Source: a virus (taxonomy: Duplodnaviria > Caudoviricetes). From it: a stretch of DNA of 64,000 nt. The notes under the pieces were generated by a model. That model searched no databases. It was given only the letters and a program-made list of their open reading frames with translations, and was not told the origin of the DNA. Below, one piece after another: positions 36,200 to 47,038 of the stretch. How positions within the stretch are numbered: the first letter of the stretch is position 1; every line of letters begins with the position of its first letter. The position numbers were made by a program, and so were the translations under genes. The stretch lies in IMG/VR virus record IMGVR_UViG_3300011113_000415; one strand, given 5' to 3'.

Positions 36200-37030
36200 A
36201 TGGGAAGAGCACTAAAAATTCAAAAAAACAACGTTGGTTCAGGTAGTACAGTTACCGGTTCCAATCCTGAGGTCACAACCTACAACCAAACTATCTTGAC
36301 AGATGCTGGTTTTCCAAACTTCGGTAGTTTAACCTCACCAGCAACGCCATACAACTCGGCTGACACACTCAATTCTGATCAGTTCCTGGGTGTGGTCGGT
36401 GGTTCACCTACTACCAGCACAGCCAGTGCCACATTCCCAGAAGTGTTGGCAGCAGTCAATATTACTTTAGCAGATGGTACAAGCACTACTGCCGGTGCTG
36501 GTCGTTTGATACGCCAAAAAGGTGCGCACAAGTTCTTGGTGGCCTACACAGCCAGTGCCACAGCAGATGAAAGTTTTATTGTTGGACAGGCCTATCAGAT
36601 TTCCACGCTGGGCACAACCGACTGGCAGGCATGCGGCGCAGGTGCTGATGCCGCAGTGGGTGACATATTCACAGCAGTAGCAGTGGGATCAGGCACAGGC
36701 GAAGGCTATCCAGTCGGCGTATGTGTGTTGAGCAACACAGGCACACCCACAGCCGGCAATATGAGTATTCAATACTCAGTGGGCGACTCAGCCGCTGTGT
36801 ACGCCAGTTATATTACCAACAAATGGATTCGTGACTGGAACGGTATGACTTATGGCAACTACAGCAGTAGCAATCTTGGTGAAAACATCTACTCAAGTGA
36901 AAACTTCTATGTGACCAACTTCTTCACAGACGAAGGCACTGTGACATGGTCAGGTGCAGAAATTATCAACGGTGTGGAAGCCGCAAACGGTTCACTGCAA
37001 TTGGCACAAGTGGTCAACGTTACAAGTTAA
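36200..37030 (+). CDS. Putative virion structural protein (276 aa, Thr/Gly/Ser-rich), function unknown
   Basis: Late promoter, strong SD, own terminator; composition like head decoration/fibre proteins. Confidence 0.65.
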   Translation: MGRALKIQKNNVGSGSTVTGSNPEVTTYNQTILTDAGFPNFGSLTSPATPYNSADTLNSDQFLGVVGGSPTTSTASATFPEVLAAVNITLADGTSTTAGAGRLIRQKGAHKFLVAYTASATADESFIVGQAYQISTLGTTDWQACGAGADAAVGDIFTAVAVGSGTGEGYPVGVCVLSNTGTPTAGNMSIQYSVGDSAAVYASYITNKWIRDWNGMTYGNYSSSNLGENIYSSENFYVTNFFTDEGTVTWSGAEIINGVEAANGSLQLAQVVNVTS

Positions 37031-37043
37031 TTTGTAACCTGTC

Positions 37044-37078
37044 AACATCCTCCTTGCTAACTACAAGGAGGATTTTTT
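37044..37078 (+). terminator. Rho-independent terminator
   Basis: ATCCTCCTTG-CTAACTA-CAAGGAGGAT followed by a T tract. Confidence 0.8.
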
Positions 37079-37666
37079 ATGACCAGAGCATTTGTATTGG
37101 GCAACGGCATCAGCCGACAAGCAGTTGATCTAACTCAACTGCAATCATTGGGTAAAATTTACGGCTGTAACGCACTCTATAGAGATTTTGAACCTGATTG
37201 TCTTGTGGCCACTGATAGACCCATTGCTGAAACTATTCAAAATTCTGGATATAGTATTCGACACAAATTTTATACTCGCAAGCCCTTACACGGGTTGGGT
37301 GCATTGCCTGTACCTAAAAAATATCATGGCAACAGTTCAGGACCTATTGCAGTTGCCCTTGCGGCACTAAACGGAAATCAAACGGTATACATGTTGGGTT
37401 TTGATATGGGACCTACAGAAAATCAACGGTTTAACAATGTGTATGCCGGCACAGATTTTTATAAAAAACACGACGCCGCTCCTACATATACTGGTAACTG
37501 GGTCCGACAATTGTGTGCGATTGCCCAAGATTTTCCGCAAACTAACTTTGTAAGAGTATGCGGAGCAACCACAGCAGACATAAAAGAGTTAAAAGTGTTT
37601 AGTAATCTACTTCATATACCCCTACAGATGTTTTTAGATCGTGTGGTAACTGGTCAAGATCTCTAG
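37079..37666 (+). CDS. Putative Maf/DUF115/CstII-like (GT-A variant) sugar transferase (195 aa)
   Basis: AFVLGNGIS...IYGCNALYR...NSSGPIAVALA...VYMLGFD pattern shared by sialyltransferase/Maf-fold proteins. Confidence 0.55.
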   Translation: MTRAFVLGNGISRQAVDLTQLQSLGKIYGCNALYRDFEPDCLVATDRPIAETIQNSGYSIRHKFYTRKPLHGLGALPVPKKYHGNSSGPIAVALAALNGNQTVYMLGFDMGPTENQRFNNVYAGTDFYKKHDAAPTYTGNWVRQLCAIAQDFPQTNFVRVCGATTADIKELKVFSNLLHIPLQMFLDRVVTGQDL

Positions 37667-37699
37667 TGTCCAGCGAGTTCTGGGTATGTTTGATTGCGG

Positions 37700-37705
37700 T
37701 AAATA
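37700..37705 (+). promoter_or_regulatory. Late promoter box; 15-mer TTGCGGTAAATATAC is identical to 53023-53037
   Basis: Direct sequence comparison. Confidence 0.7.
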
Positions 37706-37724
37706 TACTCAGAGACTCTAATTT

Positions 37725-40673
37725 ATGACACAGTATATCATTGACATCGGTGCATACCCAGATGATGGGCAAGGCAGTCCGTTACGCACAGCATTTGACT
37801 ATACCAACGAAAACTTCAATCAGATTTTTGCGGCTGGGCCGGTACTCAGCAACATTCAAATTGGTAATAACACTATTACCACCACAGTACTCAACAGCAA
37901 CTTAATTCTAAGCCCATCTGGCATTGGGCGTGTACAATTCAACAACACCCTGTTTCCTAGACTGGACAATGTTTACGACATTGGCACACCCAGTCTACGG
38001 TTTAATTCTATCTATTTAGGCACAGGCGGTATTGATACCACGGGTGGTATAACAACCACAGGCAATATCACAGCCAATTATTTCATTGGCAATGGCAGTC
38101 AACTCACAGGCATCGTGGCCACAACTGGCAGTGAAGTTGTCAACGGCAACAGCAACATTCTTATTCCTAATCCTGGTTCTAATATTGTTGTCACAGTCAA
38201 TGGTACCAGCAATGTTGTGACATTTGCTAACACAGGTGTGTATGTTGCTGGCACTGTGACTGCCACAGGTAACATTGCCGGCAATTATATTTTGGGTAAC
38301 GGTGCGCTACTGACTGGTATCAACATTGGTTATGGCAACTCAAACGTAGCAGACTTCTTGCCCACATACACAGGCAACCTAGCGAGCCTGACAGGACCAG
38401 TTACAACCACTGCTAACATAACGGGCGGCAACTTACGCACCGCGGGTCAGATCACAGCCACGGGCAATATCACTAGCGGTAATGTTAACACAGGTAGATT
38501 AAACGCAGGCTATGTCACTGTAGGTACTACTATAAGTGCAATTGGTAACATCACTACTAATAGTTACTTTATTGGTGATGGTAGTTTACTTACAGGCATT
38601 AATGCCAACTATTCAAATGCCAATGTGGCTGCCTTCTTGCCCACGTACACAGGCAATCTGGTCAGCCTGACTGGCCCAGTAACAACCACAGCCAATGTCA
38701 CAGGTGGCAACCTGAGAACCTCAGGCACAATACTAGCCTCAGGAAATATCACTGCGGCTAATCTTGACACCAGCAGAGTAAATGCGGCCAACATCACTGC
38801 CAGTGGTTCGGTATCAGCGGTGGCCAACATTATCACCAGTGCATACTTCATTGGTGATGGCAGTCAACTCACAAACTTGCCAGCAGGTAATTATTCTAAT
38901 GCCAATGTAGCAGCCTTCTTGCCAACTTACACTGGCAGTATGCCAAACATGACTGGACTGCTGAGAACCACTGCCAACATTGTAGGTGGAAACATTTCCA
39001 TAGTTGGCAACATCACAGGCAGCAATGTTGATACCAGCAGAGTTAATGCCGGCAATGTCACGGTAAGTGGACCAGTAAGTGCTGTAGGTAATATCACAAC
39101 CAGTGCATACTTCATTGGTGATGGCAGTCAACTAACAAACTTGCCAGCCGGCAACTACTCAAATGCCAATGTGGCTGCATTCTTGCCCACATACACTGGT
39201 AATTTGGTCAGTCTAACAGGACCAGTTACAACCACTGCTAACATCACAGGTGGTAATTTACAAACCACAGGACAGGTATCGGCCACTGGCAACATAACTG
39301 GTGGCAACATTGATGCCAGCAGAGTCAATGCCAACACAGTTACAGTTAACACAACTATAAGTGCTGGTGGAAATATTACTGGCAATAACCTAATAGGGTC
39401 CACAGTCACAGCCACCACAGTCACAGCCATTGCCAATGTTGTTGGTGGTAATGTTATAACTAGCGGGCAAGTTTCTGCCGTTGGTAACATACAAGGTGGC
39501 AATTTAAATGCACCTGGCGGTACTGTAACATCTTATATTGTTAGTGCTACTGGTCGAGTACAGGGTGGTAATCTTGTTACAACTGGATATATTACAGCCA
39601 CAGGCAACATCACAGGCGGCAACGTAGATACTGGTAATATACATGCTGGCAACGTCAATGTGGACAGTAGAATATCGGCTGGCGGCAATGTTATTGGACA
39701 ATACTTTATTGGTAATGGTAGTCAACTAACAGGTATTAATGCTTCTGGTGGTACCAGTATAAACTATGGTAACAGCAATGTCAAAATAGACAGTGCCAAC
39801 GGCAACGTCAGTATCAATATTGACAATAGCAGTAACGTAGCATTGTTTACCACTTCGGGTGAGTATGTCACTGGAGTTGTCAGTGCCACTGGAAATATTC
39901 TTGGTAATGGCTTCTTGTCAGACAATTATTACTACGCCAATGGTACACCTGTTCCTTTTGGTATTACCTACACTGCCAACGTAGCCCCTCCTGCAACCTC
40001 CAAAGTAGGCGATCAATGGTACGACACTTCTAATGACGTTTTGTATGAGTATATCAATGATGGTACTAGCACTTACTGGGTTGATACCACTTCACCGGCA
40101 TTTGCTGGAGGAGTTGTAGCCAATGTGGCCATATCAGGTACTCTGGTGCCAGTGGCTAATTTAACCTATGACATTGGCACCAGCACAGTCTATTTCCGTA
40201 ACACCTACACTCAAAATCTTTACACCAACAACAGATTATTAGCACGAAATATGCCTGTGGGTGCTGTGGTACAAACAGTAATGAGTTCGAGCCTAGGTGG
40301 TGGTATAACAAATAGCACTGCTTATGCTGATATCAGTTATGCAAACGTAACCATTACGCCTTCCAGCACAACCAGTAAGATTTTTGTCATAGCAACTGGC
40401 ACTGCAAGTTTTACATCATTGTCGGGACAAAACGTTAATGCTGATACTCAATTGGTTAGAAGTCCCAGTACCAGTTTGCAAATACAAACCTGCGGTACAA
40501 CAGTAACAGGCGGCGGCATTGGTGTAACTGGTTCTATTGCATACAGTTATATAGACTCACCGGGCACCACTGGTGCTGTGACCTACAAACTACAGCAAAA
40601 AGTAAGCAACGCCAGTAGCACACTGACCAGTACAAATATTTGGTTGATAGCCATGGAGATTGCCGCATCATGA
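37725..40673 (+). CDS. Tail fibre/adhesin-like protein with four ~90-aa internal repeats (982 aa)
   Basis: N-terminal IDIGAYPDDGQGSPLRTAF; repeats YFIGDGSQLT...ANVAAFLPTYTGNL; C-terminal domain with AYSYIDSPGTTGAVTYKLQ. Confidence 0.75.
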   Translation: MTQYIIDIGAYPDDGQGSPLRTAFDYTNENFNQIFAAGPVLSNIQIGNNTITTTVLNSNLILSPSGIGRVQFNNTLFPRLDNVYDIGTPSLRFNSIYLGTGGIDTTGGITTTGNITANYFIGNGSQLTGIVATTGSEVVNGNSNILIPNPGSNIVVTVNGTSNVVTFANTGVYVAGTVTATGNIAGNYILGNGALLTGINIGYGNSNVADFLPTYTGNLASLTGPVTTTANITGGNLRTAGQITATGNITSGNVNTGRLNAGYVTVGTTISAIGNITTNSYFIGDGSLLTGINANYSNANVAAFLPTYTGNLVSLTGPVTTTANVTGGNLRTSGTILASGNITAANLDTSRVNAANITASGSVSAVANIITSAYFIGDGSQLTNLPAGNYSNANVAAFLPTYTGSMPNMTGLLRTTANIVGGNISIVGNITGSNVDTSRVNAGNVTVSGPVSAVGNITTSAYFIGDGSQLTNLPAGNYSNANVAAFLPTYTGNLVSLTGPVTTTANITGGNLQTTGQVSATGNITGGNIDASRVNANTVTVNTTISAGGNITGNNLIGSTVTATTVTAIANVVGGNVITSGQVSAVGNIQGGNLNAPGGTVTSYIVSATGRVQGGNLVTTGYITATGNITGGNVDTGNIHAGNVNVDSRISAGGNVIGQYFIGNGSQLTGINASGGTSINYGNSNVKIDSANGNVSINIDNSSNVALFTTSGEYVTGVVSATGNILGNGFLSDNYYYANGTPVPFGITYTANVAPPATSKVGDQWYDTSNDVLYEYINDGTSTYWVDTTSPAFAGGVVANVAISGTLVPVANLTYDIGTSTVYFRNTYTQNLYTNNRLLARNMPVGAVVQTVMSSSLGGGITNSTAYADISYANVTITPSSTTSKIFVIATGTASFTSLSGQNVNADTQLVRSPSTSLQIQTCGTTVTGGGIGVTGSIAYSYIDSPGTTGAVTYKLQQKVSNASSTLTSTNIWLIAMEIAAS
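38260..39300 (+). repeat. Four tandem coding repeats; spacing of the FLP codons is 279, 282 and 264 nt
   Basis: TTCTTGCC anchors at 38355, 38634, 38916, 39180. Confidence 0.85.
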
Positions 40674-41326
40674 TAACACTGTTTCATGCCATTCAAAGTC
40701 TGGTGCCTGGCGCAGAAGTCAGCGTGGGTATATACGATCAAACAATAGTATGGCACCAGCCCGAGACTGCACCCGTTACTATGGAGCAGATTTTAGCAGA
40801 ACAACAGCGTCTGCAACAGGCCTATGACTGGAACGAATATCAAAGAAATCGAGCCAAAGAGTATCCCAGTATTGAAGAACAATTGGATGCCCTGTATCAT
40901 GCTGGTGTGTTTCCTGCAGAAATGGCAGCCCGAATACGAGCAGTGAAAGAAAAATATCCACGCTATACTCCAAACAACACTCAAACTGCTGAACAACCAG
41001 CACCAAAAATGTCAGTTGAGCAGTGGCTAGCAGAACAAACAAAAATGACAGCCGAACAGTGGTTGGCACAACAACAGTCCACTGCACCCATGACTAGAGA
41101 ACAATGGCTGGCATCACAGGCTCAAGTCAACACCGCGCCACCCCAACAGTCCACAAGCACAGTAAACAGAACAATGACTGCTGAAGAATGGCTGCGAGAA
41201 CAGTCCACTCAAGAAAATTCACAAAAAATGACCCGAGAACAGTGGTTAGAACAGCAAAAAACCCTTGTACAACCGCCGCCAATGACTCGAGAACAGTGGT
41301 TGGCGGAGCAGGCAAAAATACAATGA
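40670..41326 (+). CDS. Fibre-associated small protein (chaperone-like N-terminus) with six C-terminal MxxEQWLxxQ repeats
   Basis: YQRNRAKEYPSIEEQLDALYH motif; start is either the track's 40640 or the ATGA-coupled ATG at 40670. Confidence 0.7.
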   Translation: MITLFHAIQSLVPGAEVSVGIYDQTIVWHQPETAPVTMEQILAEQQRLQQAYDWNEYQRNRAKEYPSIEEQLDALYHAGVFPAEMAARIRAVKEKYPRYTPNNTQTAEQPAPKMSVEQWLAEQTKMTAEQWLAQQQSTAPMTREQWLASQAQVNTAPPQQSTSTVNRTMTAEEWLREQSTQENSQKMTREQWLEQQKTLVQPPPMTREQWLAEQAKIQ

Positions 41327-41382
41327 CCAAGAAAGAAAAGTTTCTAATTGGCATAAGTACCACATAGCAGGAGCAAAGTCAT

Positions 41383-44300
41383 ATGTCATTCCCAGTATCG
41401 CCTACAAATGGACAAGTTACCGTAGTAAATCAGGTATCATACCAATATTCCAGCGCCACCAACTCGTGGACTAGAATTCTCAGCACAGCCAACATTATCA
41501 CAGCCAATACTGTTGCTGTAAACGGTGCGCTCACAGTAGGTACGACCATTGTTGCCAACGGTAACATAACAGGCAGTTACTTTATTGGTAATGGCTCGCA
41601 GTTGACTGGTGTTACTGCTACCAGTGCTGGCTTCCCAATTACTTCGGGTACCAGTAATATTGCGGCTCCTGTTGCCAACGGCAACATTGCAATCACTGTA
41701 GGCGGTACCGCTAACGTTGCGGTATTTGCAACTACTGGTGAATACATCACAGGGCTTTTAAGTGTAAGTGGTAATGTAAATGGCGGCAACTTAAACACTG
41801 TTGGTTTAGTAACTGCTACAGGTAATATACAAGGTGGAAATCTGGTTACAGGCGGCCTGGTATCAGCCACTGGCACAGTAACTGGTTCTACACTAATTGG
41901 CTCAGTGGTCACAGCAAGTGGCAATGTGGTTGGTGGTAATATCAACACAGGTGGAGTGATATCAGCAACAGGTAATATCACAAGTGTGGCCAACATCGCT
42001 GGTGGTAATTTATTAACGGCTGGCCAAGTATCAGCAACTGGTAATGCCACTTTTGGAAATATCAGTACCAGTGGTTCAGGCGGCAATATTTCAGGTGCCA
42101 ACGTAATTTCTGGAACAACACTCAGTGCCACTGCTAACGTGGTAGGTGGCAATATTAACACAGGTGGGCTAGTAACTGCCACTGGTAACATCACTGGTGG
42201 AAATGTATTAACTGCTGGTCAAGTTTCAGCCACTGGTAACGTTACTGGTAATTATATTTTGGGTAATGGCTATTTCTTAACAGGTGTTATCACCTCAGTG
42301 GCCAATATCAACAACGGAAATTCTAACGTTTCAATCTATACCGCTGGCGGCAACGTAGCAGTCAGTGTAGGCAACGTGGCCAACGTGGCTGTGTTTACCA
42401 CAGCAGGCGAACTTATTTCTGGATTATTAAGTGTCAGCGGCAACGTCACTGGCGGTAACGTCCTAACAGGTGGACTGGTTTCAGCAACTGCCAACGTTAC
42501 TGGTGGTAATTTGTTGACTGGTGGGTTAATATCTGCCACAAGTACAATTACAAGTGCTGCCAACATCACTGGCGGTAACGTCCTAACAGGTGGACTAGTA
42601 AGTGCAACAGGAACAGTAACTGGTTCTACCTTGATCGGCACAGTAGTCACTGCAACAGGCAACATTGTTGGTGGTAACATCAATACAGGTGGCGTAATCA
42701 GTGCCACAGGTAATATCACAAGTGTGGCCAACATCGCTGGTGGTAACTTGCTCACCGGCGGATTGGTAAGTGCTACTGCCAACGTCACAGGTGGCAATCT
42801 GGTTACTGGTGGACAAGTATCAGCAACAGGTAATATCACAAGTGTGGCCAACATCGCTGGTGGCAATATCTTGACTGGCGGATTGGTAAGTGCTACCGCT
42901 AATATTACAAGTGCTGCCAACGTCAATGCCAACAACGTGATGGCAACCACAATTGTCAATGCACCAAGTTTGACAGGTACTATTGTAAGTGTAACAGGTA
43001 ACGTAACTGGTGGTAACGTTAACACAGGTGGTGTAATTAGTGCTACGGGTAATATTACCAGCGTGGCCAACATTGCTGGTGGCAATATCTTGACTGGTGG
43101 ATTGGTGTCAGCAACTGCTAATATTACAGGCGGTAACTTGCTGACAGGTGGTTTAATATCAGCAACTAGTACTATCACAAGTGCTACCACAATCACTGGC
43201 GGCAATTTGGCCACAGGCGGTTATGCAAGTGCCACAGGTAATGTCACTGGTGGTAACATCAACACAGGTGGTTTGGTCACAGCAACTGGTAACGTGGTTG
43301 GTGGCAATATCTCTACTTCAGGTGTGGTAACTGCCGCAGGCAACGTATTTGGCAACAACATTTTTGCCACAACATCAGTTAGCACAGCCGGAAACGTAAT
43401 TGCCGGCAACGTAAACACAAGCACGATTCGTCCAACTAGCGGTGCGTTGACAATCAGCACAGGTACAGGTGCAATCAACTTGAACCCTGCTGGTAATATT
43501 GTGTTGAGTGCTAATACTTACATTAACAATTTGGCAAGTCCGGTACAAAATGCTGATGCGGCAACTAAAGAATATGTTGATAACTTTGCCACAACAGGCA
43601 TCAGTTATCACCAGCCAGTATACGTAGCAACAACTGCTAACTTGGCCACAACTACAGGTGGTACAATTACCTACACACAGCCCAATGGCGCAGCCAATGG
43701 TGTTGGTGCAAAACTAACAACTACTACGTCGTTCAACTTGATCGACACAGGTAATGTGCAAACAATTGGTACACGTATTTTGGTTAAAGACGAGGGCAAT
43801 GCAGTATACAATGGTGTTTACACCTGGGCCAACGCCACAAACATTGTGCGTTCCACAGACACTGACGAATACGGCGCAGATAGCGCAAACGCATTCAGTA
43901 TCAACGACTACTTCTTTACCACAAACGGTAACGTCAACGCCGGCACAGCCTTTGTTGTGAGTGCTCCAGCAGGCACAATTACCTTTGGTACGTCAAACAT
44001 CACGTTCAGTACATTCAGTACTAGCCAAGTTTACTCGGCCAATACTTCAGCAGGTTTGAGTTTAACTGGTACTGTATTTTCAGCCAAAGTTGACAACACA
44101 ACCACAGCATTTGATGGTACAGGTAACATCATTGTCAAGGCCAGTGCTCAACTCACAACACCCAACATTGGTGCCGCTACAGGTACAAGCCTAAACGTCA
44201 CTGCCAACGTTGATGCAGGCAACTTGCGTACAGGTGGACTAGTAAGTGCTACCGGCAACGTAACTGGCGGTAACATCACAACAGGCGGACAAGTAACTGC

Positions 44301-47028
44301 CACTGGTAATATCACAAGTGTGGCCAACATTGCTGGTGGCAACTTGCTCACAGGCGGATTGATATCCGCAACTGGAACAGTAACAGGATCAACCTTGATT
44401 GGTTCAGTTGTGACCGCAAGTGGTAACATTACTGGCGGTAACGTATTAACAGGCGGATTGATTTCTGCAACCTCAACAATTACAAGTGCTGCCAACGTTA
44501 CTGGTGGCAATTTGGTCACAGGTGGACAAGTGTCTGCCACAGGTAATATCACAAGTGTGGCCAACATTGCTGGCGGCAACTTGCTGACAGGTGGGTTAGT
44601 AAGTGCTACTGCCAATGTGATTGGTGGTAATATTAACACTGGTGGCGTAATTAGTGCCACAGGTAATATCACAAGTGTGGCCAACATTGCTGGTGGTAAT
44701 GTATTAACAGGTGGATTAGTATCAGCAACTGCTAACGTAATTGGTGGTAACCTGGTCACAGGTGGGCTAGCCACAGTCACCGGTAATATCACTGGTGGTA
44801 ATCTATTAACAGGTGGATTGATATCAGCCACAGCCAACGTCACCGGCGGTAACTTGGTCACAGGTGGTGTAATATCGGCCACTGGTAATATCACAAGTGT
44901 GGCCAACATTGCTGGTGGTAACTTGCTCACAGGTGGATTGATCAGTTCGACTGGCAACATTATTAGTGCCGCTAACGTGTCGGGTGGCAACATCTTAACA
45001 GGCGGGTTAATGTCCAGTACTGGTAATGCTGTACATGGTAATATTTCAACTGGTGGTGTAATATCAGCAACTGGCAACATCACAAGCGTGGCCAACATCG
45101 CTGGTGGTAATATTTTAACTGCTGGTCAAGTATCAGCAACTGGAAACGTTACAGGTAACTATATCCTTGGTAACGGTGCTTTCTTGACAGGTGTTATCAC
45201 CTCAGTAGCCAATATCAACAACGGTACGTCAAATGTAAACATTGCCACAGCCAACGCCAACGTAACTGTAAGTGTTAACGGCACACCAAACGTGGTAGTA
45301 TTTGCCAACACTGGTGCTTATGTGACTGGACTTGTAAGCGTTAGTGGTAACATTACGTCAGCCGCCAACGTAAGCGGTGGTAACTTGCTCACAGGTGGAT
45401 TGATAAGTGCAACTGCTAATATTACAGGTGGCAATCTGTTAACTGGTGGATTGATCAGTTCTACAGGAACTATTACAGGTTCAAGTCACTTGGGTAGCGT
45501 TGTATCGGTAACTGGTAACATCACTGGTGGTAATATTACCACAACCGGCCTAATCAGTACCACAGGCAACGTCGCTGGCGGCAACATACTCAGCAACAAC
45601 TATTTCTATGCCAATGGACAAGCCATTGTGTTTGGTGTAAACTATACTGCGGCTACAACACCTCCTTCAAGTCCTGCCAATGGATGGCAGTGGTACAACA
45701 CTTCAACAGACGTATTGTACGAATATCTAAGCGATGGCACAACACCATACTGGGTAGACATCTCAAGTCCTGCATTTGCAGGCGGCGTGGTAGCCAATGT
45801 GTCAATCACTGGCAGTTTGTTGGCTAATGCCAATGCCACATATGACATTGGTAGTTCAAGCCAAACATTCCGTAACGTTTATGCGCAGAACTATTATGGT
45901 AACGGTGCTACACTTACTGGTATTATTACCAGTGTCAGCAACATCAACAACGGAACATCAAATGTCACAGTGGTAAGTTCAGGTGGTAACATTGCGGCAT
46001 CAGTTGGTGGAACATCAAACGTGATGGTGATCAGTTCAGGTGCTGTGGCAATTACAGGTGATTTGAGTGTATCTGGCAACGCAAGTTTGACTGGTAATAT
46101 TGTCGGCGATGCTATCTACAATGGTACAACTAGCATACAAATTCAAGCATCTGGTGGTAATGCCAACGTCACAGTTGGTGGAACATCAAACGTGGCTGTA
46201 TTTGCATCAGATAGATTGACCCTGGCCGGTAACTTGTTGCCAAGTGCCAACATCACATACGATTTAGGTACATCGACACAGCGTTGGAAAGATTTGTGGT
46301 TGAGCAACAGCACAATCTATCTGGGTAATGCTCAGATCAGTGCCAATGCCACAGCAGTCACAATTACTAACCCAGCAGGCGGAACCACAGTGTTACAAGG
46401 TGCTACTCCAAGTATCACAGGTAGTGTGGTCAGTGCAAGTGGTAACGTAACTGGTGGCAACATCTTAACTGGTGGATTGATATCAGCAGGTGGTAACATC
46501 ACCGGTGGTAACTTGACCACAGCGGGCATACTTACTGTAAACTCTGGTGGTGCCGCAACAGCCATTGTGAACGGCGCTGGCAATGCGGTGGGTAACATTG
46601 GAACATCGAGCACATACTTTAATAGATTGTTTGCTCAAGCAACCACAGCACTCTACGCTGACTTAGCAGAAAATTATGTAAGTGACGCCGACTACGCACC
46701 AGGCACGGTTTTAGATTTTGGTGGCAACCAAGAGGTTACACTAAGTACAGCGGATTCCAGCAAACGGGTTGCTGGTGTGGTTTCAACAAATCCGGCTCAC
46801 TTGATGAACGCAGGCTTACAAGGTGAACATGTGGTCACAGTGGCCTTGATTGGTCGAGTACCAGTAAAGGTTTCAGGAACTGTACGCAAAGGAGATGCCA
46901 TGGTATCTGATGGTGCTGGTGGTGCGCGAGCCGAAGCCGATCCTGGTGTGGGTACCTTGATTGGCAAGGCGTTACAAGACTTTGATGGTGATAAGGGCAC
47001 AATTGAAATCGTAATTGGCAAGCACTAA
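41383..47028 (+). CDS. Very long fibre/adhesin protein (1881 aa) built of ~17-aa SATGNITGGNLLTGGL repeats, with a C-terminal chaperone/peptidase-like domain
   Basis: AGGAG SD; DAATKEYVD motif; TYDLGTSTQRWKDLWL; C-terminal YADLAENY...AGVVSTNPAHLMN...ALIGRVPVKV. Confidence 0.8.
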   Translation: MSFPVSPTNGQVTVVNQVSYQYSSATNSWTRILSTANIITANTVAVNGALTVGTTIVANGNITGSYFIGNGSQLTGVTATSAGFPITSGTSNIAAPVANGNIAITVGGTANVAVFATTGEYITGLLSVSGNVNGGNLNTVGLVTATGNIQGGNLVTGGLVSATGTVTGSTLIGSVVTASGNVVGGNINTGGVISATGNITSVANIAGGNLLTAGQVSATGNATFGNISTSGSGGNISGANVISGTTLSATANVVGGNINTGGLVTATGNITGGNVLTAGQVSATGNVTGNYILGNGYFLTGVITSVANINNGNSNVSIYTAGGNVAVSVGNVANVAVFTTAGELISGLLSVSGNVTGGNVLTGGLVSATANVTGGNLLTGGLISATSTITSAANITGGNVLTGGLVSATGTVTGSTLIGTVVTATGNIVGGNINTGGVISATGNITSVANIAGGNLLTGGLVSATANVTGGNLVTGGQVSATGNITSVANIAGGNILTGGLVSATANITSAANVNANNVMATTIVNAPSLTGTIVSVTGNVTGGNVNTGGVISATGNITSVANIAGGNILTGGLVSATANITGGNLLTGGLISATSTITSATTITGGNLATGGYASATGNVTGGNINTGGLVTATGNVVGGNISTSGVVTAAGNVFGNNIFATTSVSTAGNVIAGNVNTSTIRPTSGALTISTGTGAINLNPAGNIVLSANTYINNLASPVQNADAATKEYVDNFATTGISYHQPVYVATTANLATTTGGTITYTQPNGAANGVGAKLTTTTSFNLIDTGNVQTIGTRILVKDEGNAVYNGVYTWANATNIVRSTDTDEYGADSANAFSINDYFFTTNGNVNAGTAFVVSAPAGTITFGTSNITFSTFSTSQVYSANTSAGLSLTGTVFSAKVDNTTTAFDGTGNIIVKASAQLTTPNIGAATGTSLNVTANVDAGNLRTGGLVSATGNVTGGNITTGGQVTATGNITSVANIAGGNLLTGGLISATGTVTGSTLIGSVVTASGNITGGNVLTGGLISATSTITSAANVTGGNLVTGGQVSATGNITSVANIAGGNLLTGGLVSATANVIGGNINTGGVISATGNITSVANIAGGNVLTGGLVSATANVIGGNLVTGGLATVTGNITGGNLLTGGLISATANVTGGNLVTGGVISATGNITSVANIAGGNLLTGGLISSTGNIISAANVSGGNILTGGLMSSTGNAVHGNISTGGVISATGNITSVANIAGGNILTAGQVSATGNVTGNYILGNGAFLTGVITSVANINNGTSNVNIATANANVTVSVNGTPNVVVFANTGAYVTGLVSVSGNITSAANVSGGNLLTGGLISATANITGGNLLTGGLISSTGTITGSSHLGSVVSVTGNITGGNITTTGLISTTGNVAGGNILSNNYFYANGQAIVFGVNYTAATTPPSSPANGWQWYNTSTDVLYEYLSDGTTPYWVDISSPAFAGGVVANVSITGSLLANANATYDIGSSSQTFRNVYAQNYYGNGATLTGIITSVSNINNGTSNVTVVSSGGNIAASVGGTSNVMVISSGAVAITGDLSVSGNASLTGNIVGDAIYNGTTSIQIQASGGNANVTVGGTSNVAVFASDRLTLAGNLLPSANITYDLGTSTQRWKDLWLSNSTIYLGNAQISANATAVTITNPAGGTTVLQGATPSITGSVVSASGNVTGGNILTGGLISAGGNITGGNLTTAGILTVNSGGAATAIVNGAGNAVGNIGTSSTYFNRLFAQATTALYADLAENYVSDADYAPGTVLDFGGNQEVTLSTADSSKRVAGVVSTNPAHLMNAGLQGEHVVTVALIGRVPVKVSGTVRKGDAMVSDGAGGARAEADPGVGTLIGKALQDFDGDKGTIEIVIGKH
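41971..44909 (+). repeat. Seven exact copies of the 26-mer GGTAATATCACAAGTGTGGCCAACAT
   Basis: Copies start at 41971, 42709, 42829, 44305, 44542, 44662 and 44884; variants near 43048 and 45073. Confidence 0.85.
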
Positions 47029-47038
47029 AGGATAGAGA

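Noticed and set aside
41971-44909. Repeated 26-mers as a CRISPR array
   Set aside because: Irregular spacing (120-1476 nt), in-frame within a CDS, and intervening sequences are themselves repeats; no cas genes
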